Shown one piece after another: positions 1-11,276 of a stretch of 64,000 nucleotides of DNA; positions within the stretch are counted from its first letter, which is position 1, and each line of letters starts with the position of its first letter. Made by a program: the position numbers and the translations under genes. Source of the DNA: Octopus vulgaris (taxonomy: Eukaryota). Location of the stretch: contig OX597841.1 in assembly GCA_951406725.2 (NCBI GenBank), positions 26,288,001 to 26,352,000 on the forward strand, given 5' to 3'. The notes beneath the pieces were generated by a model. That model ran no database searches and had not been told where the DNA came from. It saw nothing but the letters and a program-made list of their open reading frames with translations.

Positions 1-213
1 TTGATGTCTCTCAAAGTTACCAACACGACAACAGCCGCTACCATAACCACTATCACCACCACCACCACCACCACCACCATCACTGCCACCAGCAACGACC
101 AATAAATGACCAGTCACGTCTTCAGTAATGTCCTGTGTTAGGAAATAACACTGTCCCAAATACAATGTCCGCCGAGAGAGATTTTGGTGTATTCAATTCA
201 TACGTGATACGGT

Positions 214-985
214 CTGGTGGTGGTGGTAGTGGTGGATGGCTGGTGGAGGCCGTCATCGTCGTGGTTGTAGTGATGATGGTGGTAGAGATGATGTTCGTGG
301 TGGTGGTGGTAGTAGTGGTGGATGGTTGGTGGAGGCTGTCATCGTTGTGGTTATGGTTATGGTGGTGGTGGCGACAGAAGTGGTAGAGATGATGTTCGTG
401 GTGGTGGTGGATGGTTGGTGGACGCCGTCATCGTCGTGGTTGTAGTGATGACGGTGGTGGCGACAGCAGTGGTAGAGATGATGTTCGTGGTGGTGGTGGT
501 GGTGGTGGTAGTGGTGGTGGATGGTTGGTGGTCGCCGTCATCGTTGTGGTTGTAGTGATGATGGTGATGTCGGTGGTGGCGGCAGAAGTGGTAGAGATGA
601 TGTTCGTGGTGGTGGTGGTAGTGGTGGTGGATGGTTGGTGGTCGCCGTCATCGTTGTGGTTGTAGTGATGATGGTGATATCGGTGGTGGCAGTACTGGTA
701 GTGATTATGTTCGTGGTGGCGGTAGTGGTGGTGGTGGTGGTGGTGGATGGTTGGTGGAGGCCGTCATCGTCGTGGTTGTAGTGATGATGGTGATGACGGT
801 GGTGGCAGTGATGATGTTCGTTGTGGTTATGGTGGCGGTGGCGGTAGAGATGGGGGTGGTGACAGCAGTCGTGCCTGTGGTAGTGGTAGCGGTAGCGCTA
901 GAGGTGGTGACGGTGGTGGTGGTGGTGGTGATCTTGGTTGTGTTAGTCGTGGTTGGAGCGGTAGAATTGGTGATTGTCCTAGTAA
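214..985. repeat. GGT/GTG-rich minisatellite (~90-110 bp unit, ~6 copies) grading into low complexity
   Basis: Recurrent GGTGGATGGTTGGTGG..CCGTCATCGTYGTGGTTGTAGTGATGA..GTGGTAGAGATGATGTTCGTGG; overlapping poly-V/G ORFs are artefacts. Confidence 0.85.
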
Positions 986-999
986 TACGATAAAAAAAA

Positions 1000-1462
1000 A
1001 CCAAGGCTGTATAGATATTAGAGCATGAGAAAGTAAGGAGGGATGTCATGAAGGGCATCGCTGTTGCACGTCCAGATGGGAAGGGTCTTCCTATGATGCT
1101 GACATGCAGTGTCTGTGCAAGACCTTGCCTCAGTAAAGCTGGACTCAAGAGTCATCTTTGTAGTCATAAAGATGAGTGACAACCAGGCCACTGGTGGTGG
1201 TGTTACACACCATACTAATCATATCTGTCGGGCATGTGGAAGAGAGTGTAATTCGGCAGGAGGACTTAAACAACATGCAAAGGTACATGAAGCCCAGTTA
1301 AAACTACAGCCGGCTATTACCAGTAAAGGTTTTAGTTGCCAATTCTGTACAAGACATTGTAGATCTTTAGCTGGGCTAAAAAGTCACGTTCGATCACAGC
1401 ACCGGTAACAGTTAAGCTTCGTGCAATGGCCATACTCGATAACGAGGGGGCAGCCATCATAT
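1000..1462 (+). mobile_element. 3' end of RTE-like non-LTR retrotransposon with three C2H2 zinc fingers, frameshifted
   Basis: Frame from 1081 gives CSVCARPCLSKAGLKSHLCSH; ORF 1109-1408 in another frame gives CRACGRECNSAGGLKQHAKVH and CQFCTRHCRSLAGLKSHVRSQH*; no TGEKP linkers; short 3' UTR ending CAGCCATCAT. Confidence 0.65.
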
Positions 1463-1494
1463 ACATATATATATGTATATATGTATGTGTATGC

Positions 1495-1672
1495 ATATGT
1501 TTGTGTGTTTGTCCTCCCAACATCGCTTGACAACCGATGGTGGTTTGTTTACTTCCCCGTAACTTAGCTGTTCGGCAAAAGAAAACGATAGAATAAGTTC
1601 GGGGGTCGATTTGCTCGATTAAAGGCGGTGCTCCAGCAGGGCTGCAGTCAAATGAATGAAACAAGTAAAGGA
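1495..1672 (+). mobile_element. SINE-A, 3' half
   Basis: Matches the 3' part of full copies (GCTTGACAACCGATG...AAAGGCGGTGCTCCAGCA...GAAACAAGTAAA). Confidence 0.85.
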
Positions 1673-1706
1673 TATATATATATATGTGTGTGTTTCTGTA
1701 TCTATG

Positions 1707-1757
<51 letters not shown>

Positions 1758-1974
1758 CATACACATCCCATGCTTTTGACCCGTAATACTGGGCATAAAT
1801 TATGCTTAAACCTTACAGACCACCACACTTGACATCGTGTCTATAAACACACATACATATATGTACACACACACACACACACATATATATACACCCAGAC
1901 ACATACACGCACTCTCAAATGCATATATGTGTGTGTGTGTGTGTATGTACGCGTCACAGCGGTGTATGTGTGGT

Positions 1975-2082
1975 GTGTGTTGCTAATCCATTAAATGTTA
2001 ATCATGAGCGGTTAACCGGTTAGCTATCTTTAATCCGCTGTAGTGTCCGGATTAAGTGGTAACCGGATTAGCGATTGGTCAA
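1975..2082. promoter_or_regulatory. Candidate enhancer: cluster of K50-homeodomain (TAATCC) sites plus AACCGGTT
   Basis: TAATCC 1984 and 2031, GGATTA 2049 and 2065, TAATCA 1999, AACCGGTT 2014, all in a unique island between microsatellites. Confidence 0.4.
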
Positions 2083-2255
2083 GTATATATACATACATAC
2101 GCGCGCACACACACTCACACATACATACAGATATAAACATACATATATATGTATGTATGTAGATGTATAAATATATATAAGGTACATACACACACGTGTT
2201 AAATAAAATACAATTTCATATTATTGTGTGTGTGGGTACATATATATATGTGTGC

Positions 2256-2288
<33 letters not shown>

Positions 2289-2860
2289 CATATGTAGGTG
2301 TGTGTATATATATGTATATGTATGTAGATGTATATATATATATACGCATATATACGTATATATACGCATATATATACATATATATATATATATACATATG
2401 TATATATATATATATATATATATATGGGGAGGTATGTGTGTGTACTTGATCTGTTTATTTTCATACTGCTTTTTGTCACGAAAATGACTCGTAGGTGGTA
2501 CGTTACACACACACACACACACGCACTTCTACATTTGTGTATATATATATACACTCATCTCCAACTTCCCGGTATCCTGTCTTTCCCGAACCGTTTCACT
2601 TAATCGTTTTTGCCCGATTGAAAGAGGCCACGCAATAAAAGCTACGAATTCCTAGCTTTTTCGCTACAAGATCCTCACCACACACCTTTCTCTCACTCTC
2701 ACTCGAAATCAGTCATAAGGTTAGAATTTTTCTTCCCATTCTTCAAAGCTTGGCATAAGTTAAACAATTTTACTGGACAGAAGTTTGCCGCCACTGCTTA
2801 CCCGGTTCTTATTTCAACAACCCCGAGAAATGTTGAAATGTATTGGGTTGTCCGGAAAGT

Positions 2861-2953
2861 TCGTGCCGATTTTTAAAGGAAAGAAAAAGGTCAATGAATA
2901 CTTGTCATTACATTTTTAATCAACCAAAAATGAACCATTTTGTTGCACAATGC

Positions 2954-2955
<2 letters not shown>
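2861..2955. mobile_element. Mariner-type terminal fragment
   Basis: TA followed by TTGGGTTGTCCGGAAAGTTCGTGCCGATTT, resembling a mariner TIR; truncated at (TA)n. Confidence 0.5.
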
Positions 2956-3026
<71 letters not shown>

Positions 3027-3030
<4 letters not shown>

Positions 3031-3255
3031 ATCCAAACAAGAAAACACAGAAAAAAGAAAAAAAAAAGAAAAAAAACACAGCAACGCAGGACGTGGAACA
3101 ATTAAAGTATTATTGACGCTCAGGAAAGAAGGGAAGGAGGGTTTAACGTTTCGAGCTGAGCTCTTCGTCGGAAACAAGGAGAAGGAAAGATCCCAAGAAG
3201 GGAAGACAGAGGAAAAAAATATTTTTGTTGGTGGTGCTCAAGAGATCACATGTTG
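3027..3255 (-). mobile_element. Penelope-like terminal-repeat fragment with minimal hammerhead-like motif
   Basis: Minus 3141-3175 reads GTTT-CCGACGA-A-GAGC-TCA-GCTC-GAAA-C-GTT-AAAC; abuts (TA)n; related to the copies at 20278, 21310 and 22600. Confidence 0.6.
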
Positions 3256-3295
3256 AAATATATATGTATATATATATATATATATATGTATATGT

Positions 3296-3432
3296 ACGAT
3301 GGGCTTCTTTCAGTTTCCGTCCACCAAGTCCACTCAGAAATCTTTGGTCTACCCGAGGTTATAATATTAGGCACTAGTCTAAGGAGTTACGCAGTGGGGA
3401 TGAACCCAGAACCATGTGGTTGAGAAGCAGCT
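3296..3432 (-). mobile_element. SINE-A, degenerate 5' half
   Basis: GGGCTTCTTTCAGTTTCCGTC...GAACCCAGAACCATGTGGTT. Confidence 0.75.
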
Positions 3433-3919
3433 GAGATATATATACATTAATACAAATACACACACACACACACACACATGTATAGTGGGAGAGAGAGAGA
3501 GAGAGATGAACGATAATCGAGGGGGAGAGGTCGTTTCTTTAAAAGCCTCTAATTAGGCCTATTTTGTCAGGGATGACTAGGGGTTAACAAAAACAGCATA
3601 AAAAATGAAACCAACATACCCATCATCTCTGTAAACTCCACCATCATCAGCATCGCTAGAATTACTAACGTTGTCACCACCGCCACCAGTACCACCACGA
3701 CCATCAGCACCACCAACGCCATTACAAGCACCAAACGAACGACACCACCCCGACATCCCCACCCCCAGCACAGCTAAACACGATCAAGGTGTGACCAGCA
3801 TTTCAATCAATAATGTTTAACAATCGATTTGCTCAGGTGATCCGGATCATCGATTTCTGCCGTCGCTATTTGGCATCAGGATCTACTGTCATGCTACTCT
3901 ACACTATAGTCAGCACAAC

Positions 3920-4550
3920 CATCATCATCATCATCATCACCGTCATCGTCGTCATCATCATCAATATCATCTTCCTCCTCCTTCTCATCGTCATTATCGT
4001 CATGTCATCATCACCATCATTATCATCGTCGTCGTCGTTGTAGTGTTCATCGTCATCGCCATCACAGTTATGTCTTATTCTGCCCTTCTTCTTCTTCTTC
4101 TTCTTCTTCGTCTTCTTCTTTTTCTTTTTTTCTTTCTCTTCTTCTTCTTCTTCTTCTTCTTCTTCTTCTTCTTTTTCGTCTTCTTCTTCTTCTTTTTGTT
4201 GTTCTTCTTTTTGTTCTTTTTGTTCTTTCTTTTTCTTCTTCTTTTTCTTCTTCTTCTTCGTCTTCTTCGTTTTCTTCTTTCTTTTTCTTCTTCGTCTTCT
4301 TCTTTTTCTTCTTTTTCTTCGCCTTTCTCTTCTTTCTTCTTCTTTTCTGTCGTCGTCGTCCTCCTCCTCCGCCTTCGTCTTCTCTGTCCTCCTCCTCCCC
4401 CTCTTTCATCTTCTCTGTCCTCCTTTTTCTTTTTTCTTCTCTGTTCTCCTACTTCTTTTTCTTCTTCTCTGTCCTCCTCCTCCTCCTCCTCCTTCTTCAT
4501 TTTCTTCTTCCGTCTCCACCACCTTCTACTCCTCTCCTCCACCATTATCT
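3920..4550. repeat. (CAT)n/(CTT)n/(CCT)n low-complexity tract
   Basis: Direct inspection. Confidence 0.95.
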
Positions 4551-4599
4551 TCTTGACGTGATGGTGAGCAAGGATACCATCCACATCTCCCTAAATGTA

Positions 4600-4872
4600 A
4601 AGAACGCTCCACGGTAGGTAGACCTTCTCGAAACAGCACCTAAATCCCCCTCAAATCGCACTCTACTGTCTTATGTATATCTGCATGAGCCAACGAGGGA
4701 GACCTCTACGTGGTAGTTTGATCTCCCAGAAATACCGACCAGGTCTCCCTCAAATCACAGCTTACTATCTTAAGTGTGTATATATATGAATGACCCAACG
4801 AGGGAGACCTCCATATCATATGTAGACAAGGTAGACATAGCAGCCAAATCTCCCTCAAATCGCAACTTACTG
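4600..4872 (+). repeat. ~95-bp dispersed/tandem repeat family (repeat E), ~3 degenerate units
   Basis: GAGCCAACGAGGGAGACCTCTAC..GGTAG..AGCAGCCAAATCTCCCTCAAATC; also at 36062-36180 and 47105-47875. Confidence 0.7.
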
Positions 4873-4879
4873 ACGTGTG

Positions 4880-5428
4880 TATGTGTGTATATGTGTATGC
4901 ATGCATGTATTTATTTATGCATGTATGTATGCATATATTTATGTATGCATGCATGTATGTATGTGTGTATGTATGTATACATCTATGTGTGTATGTATGC
5001 ATGTATGTATGCATTTTTTATGTATGCATGTATGTGTGTATGTATGTATACATGTATGTGTGTATGTATGCATGTATGTATGCATTTTTTATGTATGCAT
5101 GTATGTATGTATGTATGTATACATGTATGTGTGTATGTATGCATGTATGTATGCATTTTTTATGTATGCATGTATGTATGTATGTATGTATACATGTATG
5201 TGTGTATGTATGCATGTATGTATGCATTTTTTTATGTATGCATGTATGTATGTGTCTGTGTATGTATGTATACATGTGTGTATGTATGCATGTATGTATG
5301 TATACATGTATGTATACATGTATGTCTGTATGAATACATGTATGTATGTATGTATTCATGCATATATCTATCTACATATGTATGTACGTATGTATATATG
5401 AATGTATGTATGTATGTATGTATGTATA
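4880..5428. repeat. (TATG)n tract with ~62-bp higher-order period
   Basis: Repeated GCATTTTTTATGTATGCATG unit, 4 copies. Confidence 0.9.
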
Positions 5429-5617
5429 ATGGAGCCAAGTAGGAACTGGTTAATATTCCATTGCGTGCCTCATCCAAGCATTGTGAAATATCCATAATTG
5501 TTGGTGTCTGAAAGATCCCCGACCATCTTAACGATGTGATTCCGCTACGAGAGATCTATAACGATTATTTTCCGCAATATTTGGATCGATTTTGAGGGCT
5601 GTAAAATGGTTATCCAT

Positions 5618-6655
5618 GGATGCGGCGAGCTGGCAGAATCATCAGCACGCCGGGCGAAGTACTTAACGGGATTTCGCCTGTTTTTTACGTTCTGAGTTCA
5701 AATTCCGCCGTGGTCGACTTTGCCTTTCATCGTTTCGGGGTCGATAAAATTAGATCCATTTGAGCGCCGGGGTCGCTGTAATCGACTGACCACCTCTCCC
5801 TATATTTCAGACTTAGCAAAATCATTTTTAATATAGTTTATTAAGGCAGCGAGCCGATAAAATCGTTGGTACGCCGGACAAAATGCTCTGCGGTTTTTCG
5901 TCCGCTTTTACGATCTGAGTTCAAATTCTTTCATCATTTGAGGGTCGATAAAATTAGATCCATTTGAGCACTGGGGTCGCTGTAATCGACTGACCACCTC
6001 TCCACATATTTCAGACTTAGCAAAATCATTTTTAATATCGTTTATTAAGGCAGCGAGCCGATGGAATCGTTGGTACGCCGGACAAAATGCTCCGCGGTAT
6101 TTCGTCCGCTTTTACAATCAGAGTTCAAATTCTTTCATCATTTCAGGGTCGATAAAATAAGATCCATTTGAGCACTGGGGTCGCTGTAATCGACTGACCA
6201 CCTCTCCCTATATTTCAGACTTAGCAAAATCATTTTTAATATCGTTTATTAAGGCAGCGAGTTAATGGAATCGTTGGTACGCCGGACAAAATGCTCCGCG
6301 GTATTTCGTCCGCTTTTACAATCTGAGTTCAAATTCTTTCATCATTTCAGGGTCGATAAAATAAGATCCATTTGAGCACTGGGGTCGCTGTAATCGACTG
6401 ACCACCTCTCCCTATATTTCAGACTTAGCAAAATCATTTTTAATATCGTTTATTAAGGCAGCGAGCCAAAGGAATCGTTGGTACGCCGGACAAAATGCTC
6501 TGCGGTATTTCGTCCGCTTTTACGATCTGAGTTCAAATTCTTTCAAGGTCGACTTTGCTTTTCATCATTTCAGGGTCGATAAAATGAGATCCATTTGAGC
6601 ACTGGGGTCGCTATAGTCAACTGACCCCCTCTTCTCATGTTTCAGTCCTAGCATA
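5618..6655 (+). mobile_element. Tandem array of five diverged SINE-B copies including heads, 204-bp period
   Basis: Heads at ~5619, 5843, 6047, 6251, 6455; core GAGTTCAAATTC..GGGTCGATAAAAT..CACTGGGGTCG. Confidence 0.85.
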
Positions 6656-6689
6656 AAGGCTTTTATGCTATCTGTTTATCTATCTAGTG

Positions 6690-7080
6690 GTCTTTTTCGT
6701 AGACTTTTCTCCCCACGGATAAACCTTACTTGGTTTCCCCTTTACACCATATATCATAACACTGTGATACACGATCCCTATTGATCGTTTTTTTCCCCTC
6801 TTCCCCTTTCTTTCCCCTTTTTTCTTTTTTCATTTCTCTTTTCTTTTGTTCCTTTTCCTTTTCTTTTTTTTATTTTCATTTATTTAAAAAAAATTTTATT
6901 TTTTATTTATTTATTTTTTTTTGTTCTTTTCTTCCCTTTTACGATCCCTCTTGATCGAAAACCTACGCCACCCCTTTTTTTGTTTCTTTTGTTTTTTGTT
7001 TTTTTCATCCCCCAAAAGAAAAGCTCTACCTTGTAACTTGTCCCATCTGTGTGCAGCCCTGTGTGGTCAATAAAGAAACT
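6690..7080 (+). mobile_element. Probable LINE 3' UTR whose terminus resembles the SINE-B tail
   Basis: Ends TTGTCCCATCTGTGTGCAGCCCTGTGTGGTCAATAAAGAAAC versus SINE-B TTGTCCCCTCTGTGTTTAGCCCCTTGTGGGTAATAAAGAAAT. Confidence 0.5.
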
Positions 7081-7221
7081 TATCTAAATAGCTAGCTAGC
7101 TAGTTAGATAGATAGATAAGCAGATAGATAGACAGGCAGATAGGTAAACAGATAGATAGGCAGATAGGTAAACAGATAGATAGGCAGATAGGTAAACAGA
7201 TAGATAGGCAGATAGGTAAAC

Positions 7222-7256
<35 letters not shown>

Positions 7257-7273
7257 CAGGCAGATAGGTAAAC

Positions 7274-7307
<34 letters not shown>

Positions 7308-7385
7308 GTAATGTAACTATGTAGCTAACTAGCCAGCGAGCTAGATAGATCAGATAACTAGGTATCTAAATAGCTAGCTAGCTAT

Positions 7386-7416
<31 letters not shown>

Positions 7417-8036
7417 GCGTTTATCCTTACTAAATTCTTTCAAAAATCTTTTACCAAAAACGTTATATAGTTTATCGTTTAGCTTCTTCAGTGTTTTTAT
7501 ATTTACCTCTAGCCAAAAGATGAACGAGATCCAAAAAAAAGAAAAAGAAAAAAAAAAGAAAAAGGGAAATAATAAAATACATAAAATAAATAAATTTAGA
7601 AATGAACAAAAGAATATACAAATATTTAAAAATCTGAATAAAAAAATCTCCTTCTGAATCATTCCTAGTCGAGTTCTAGAAAGTTCTTCATTCTTCTCAT
7701 AATGGCAATTACCGGCTGGTAGGATCTACGTGGAGCTTGTTGTGTGTGTGTGTGAGTGTGCGCGCGCATCTGTGTGTGTGTGTGCATGAGTGTGTATGTA
7801 TGTATGTGCGTGTGTTTGTTTATTGGTGTGTATGTTGTTTGTTGTACGTTTTTGTTTGTTTGTTTGGTTGTGTGTTTGTTTGTGTGCTTTTGGGATAGTT
7901 TCTGCTACTTTTTTTTATTTGTAAATCTGTGGTTAGTGTTTTTTTTTTCGTTTGTGATCGACACACAGACAGACATACAGACATATGTAGATGTAGACAT
8001 ATAGCTAAAAATGTATATACGTGTATATATATATAC

Positions 8037-8068
<32 letters not shown>

Positions 8069-8639
8069 ATATACATATACATATATATATACATATACAT
8101 ATATATATATACATATATATACATATACATATATATATACATATATATATACATATACATATATATATACATATATATATACATATACATATATATATAC
8201 ATATACATATATATATATATACATATATATATACATATACATATATATATACATATATATATACATATATATATACATATATATATACATATATACATAT
8301 ATATATATATGTATATATATATGTATATATATATATGTATGTATATATATATATGTATATATATGTATATATATATATATATGTATATATATACTTAACT
8401 AGGTACCTATATATCTGGCTGACTATATCTATGCATGCATGCATGTATGTATATATGTATGCATGTGTGCATGTGTGCATGTCTTTCAGTGCACCGTAAT
8501 TAATAATTTGTTTAGAAAACGCATTTCATTAAACGCTAGCACATGGTCGCAAGAATGTATCCATCATTTATACACACGTATAAATTTGTGTGTATGTGCG
8601 TGTGCATAGGTATGTATGTTAACACCGCACGCACGCATA

Positions 8640-9088
8640 CACACGCACACACAATGACACGCTCACACAAACACACACACACAATGACAAACACACACAA
8701 ACGCACACACAATGACAAGCACACACAAACACACACACACACAATGACAAGCACACACAAACACACACATACAATGACAAGCACACACACACACACACAC
8801 ACACAATGACAAGCACACACAAACACACACATACAATGACAAGCACACACAAACACACACACAATGACAAGCACACACAAACACACACACACACAATGAC
8901 AAGCACACACAAACACACACACAATGACAAGCACACACAAATACACACACACAATGACAAGCACACACAAACACACACACAATGACAAGCACACACAAAT
9001 ACACACACACAATGACAAGCACACACAAACACACATACAATGACAAGCACACACAATGACAAGCACACACAAACACACACACACACAC
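8640..9088. repeat. ~30-bp minisatellite ACAATGACAAGCACACACAAA(CA)n, ~15 copies
   Basis: Direct inspection. Confidence 0.95.
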
Positions 9089-9483
9089 GCATCTGTCTAT
9101 ACTACAATTATCGGAACCTTGTTAGTCCCTGTTACCATTAGTTTCAAGTGACTCAGGCAATGTGAAGTGTCTGTCTTTAAGGATGGGTGGGCATTTTATC
9201 GGTTGTATCTACCAACTGGAGACTACGTAAAACTCAATAAATACTTTACCTAAAGTCTACCTAAAGAGCACAAGTAGGCACTGTAAAGTATTCAGTGTTT
9301 TGCAGCTAATTGTAACGTGTACTGACGCGGGATATGTAAATGTGAAAGAGAAATGAATACACTAACTCTATGATTATTATTGAATACTCTGCAATTTAAT
9401 ATATTCAAGATGCTTAAAATTTTATTACCCTATTTTTGTTAAGGAACGCTGCCTTCATTTCAATGGATTTCAAAAGTAATGAA

Positions 9484-10461
9484 TTATAATTCTTTACTGC
9501 CCACAAGGGGCGAAACATAGAGGGGACAAACAAGGACAGACATAGGTATTAAGTCGATTACATCGACCCCAGTGCGTAACTGGTACTTTATTTATCGACC
9601 CCGAAAGGATGAAAGGCAAAGTCGACCTCGGCGGAATTTGAACTCAGAACGTAACGACAGACGAAATACCTATTTCTTTATTACCCAGAAGGGGCTAAAC
9701 ATAGAGGGGACAAACAAGAACAGACATAGGTATTAAGTCGATTACATCGACCCCAGTGCGTAACAGGTACTTAATTTATCGACCCCGAAAGGATGAAAGG
9801 CAAAGTCGACCTCGGCGGAATTTGAACTCAGAACGTAACGACAGATGAAATACCTATTTCTATTTCTTTACTACCCACAAGGGGCTAAAGACAGAGGGGA
9901 CAAACAAGGACAGGCATAGGGATTAAGTCGATTACATCGACCCCAGTGCGACACTGGTACTTTATTTATCGACCCCGAAAGGATGAAAGGCAAAGTCGAC
10001 CTCGGCGGAATTTGAACTCAGAACGTAACGACAGACGAAATACCTATTTCTTTATTACCCACAAGGGGCTAAAGACAGAGGGGACAAACAAGGACAGACA
10101 TAGGTATTAAGTCGATTACATCGACCCCAGTGCGTAACTGGTACTTTATTTATCGACCCTGAAAGGATGAAAGGCAAAGTCGACCTCGGCGGAATTTGAA
10201 CTCAGAACGTAACGACAGACGAAATACCTATTTCTTTATTACCCACAAGGGGCTAAACACAGAGGGGACAAACAAGGACAGACATAGGTATTAAGTCGAT
10301 TACATCTACCCCAGTGCGTAACTGGTGCTTAATTTATCGACCCCGGAAGGATGAAAGGCAAAGTCGACCTCGGCGGAATTTGAACTCAGAACGTAACGAC
10401 AGACGAAATACCGCTAAGCGTTTCGCCCGGCGCGCTAACGTTTCTGCCAGCTCGCCGCCTT
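9484..10461 (-). mobile_element. SINE-B concatemer: one head plus five ~184-bp bodies, 12-bp TSD
   Basis: Junction GAAATACCTATTTC at 9663, 9847, 10037, 10221; head near 10410-10461; AAAAGTAATGAA at 9472-9483 and 10462-10473. Confidence 0.9.
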
Positions 10462-10519
10462 AAAAGTAATGAAATGATTTAGTAAAATAGCTTTGTCATT
10501 ATCGAGTTGGTGTTCGCCT

Positions 10520-10780
10520 TCCGGATCTTACTGCATACTGTTAATGGTTCGTATCGTACCAATGTACGATGTCTTCACTATTTCTGTCCTTCTGTACGTT
10601 CCGTCTCACATCCCATGTCGCTCTGGTTTACCAACATGCCTCAGCTCAAATCTTTCCTCCTCCGTCGTCTCAAACTCATTGGCTTCTCTGTTTTTCCTCT
10701 TCAGTTCTGTTCTCTCTGTCCATCCTTTCTCTTATCCGATGAAAGAATGCTCGAAGCATAAATGACACTTTCTTCTTCTT
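10520..10780 (+). mobile_element. Highly degenerate Penelope-like 3' remnant
   Basis: Weak GIY-YIG C-terminal-like peptide (HYF..SVSH..RRLK..SLCP) followed by decayed CCGATGA..GCTCGAA. Confidence 0.3.
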
Positions 10781-10799
10781 CTTTTATGAGTTTGTTTTA

Positions 10800-11216
10800 A
10801 AATTTGAGATTACATAGACAGTATTTTACGTAGGATATGGGCAGTTCCCATGAGCACTATCTTTTGAATTTCTGCCATTTTGGAGTTTCCTGGTATCTGA
10901 GCTAGGTAGCAATCAGCCACTTTTGCTATCATTCCCAGGGCACCTATGACAACAGGTATTGTTTTAATCTTCAGGTTCCACATTTTGCTAATATCTATTT
11001 CAAGATCTTTGTACTTGCTCAGTTTTTGGTAGGTCTTGACAGATACGTTTATATCGATTGGAACAGTCATATCAATGAGGAGGCATGATTTTTTGTCTGA
11101 AGTCTTTCAATATAATGTCTGGCCTATTTGCATCTATCTTTCTGTCAGTTTGAATGTTCCAGAGGAGTGAGACGTGATCATTTTCAAGCACTGGAGGTGG
11201 TTTGTGTCCCCAACAA
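10800..11216 (-). mobile_element. 5'-truncated R4/Dong-like non-LTR retrotransposon, restriction-like endonuclease domain
   Basis: HKPPPVLENDHVSLLWN..TDRKIDANRPDIILKD / KSCLLIDMTVPIDIN..QKLSKYKDL..MWNLK..IPVVIGALG..IQKIVLMGTAHILRKIL*; one frameshift in an A-run near 11090; 5' junction at (TAA)n. Confidence 0.85.
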
Positions 11217-11276
11217 TGATTATTATTATTATTACTATTATTATTATTGTTGTTGTTGTTGTTGATGTTATTATTA

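Noticed and set aside
9484-10461. Hammerhead inside the SINE-B unit to explain the concatemers
   Set aside because: No CUGANGA core found on either strand; other ribozyme classes could not be folded convincingly by eye
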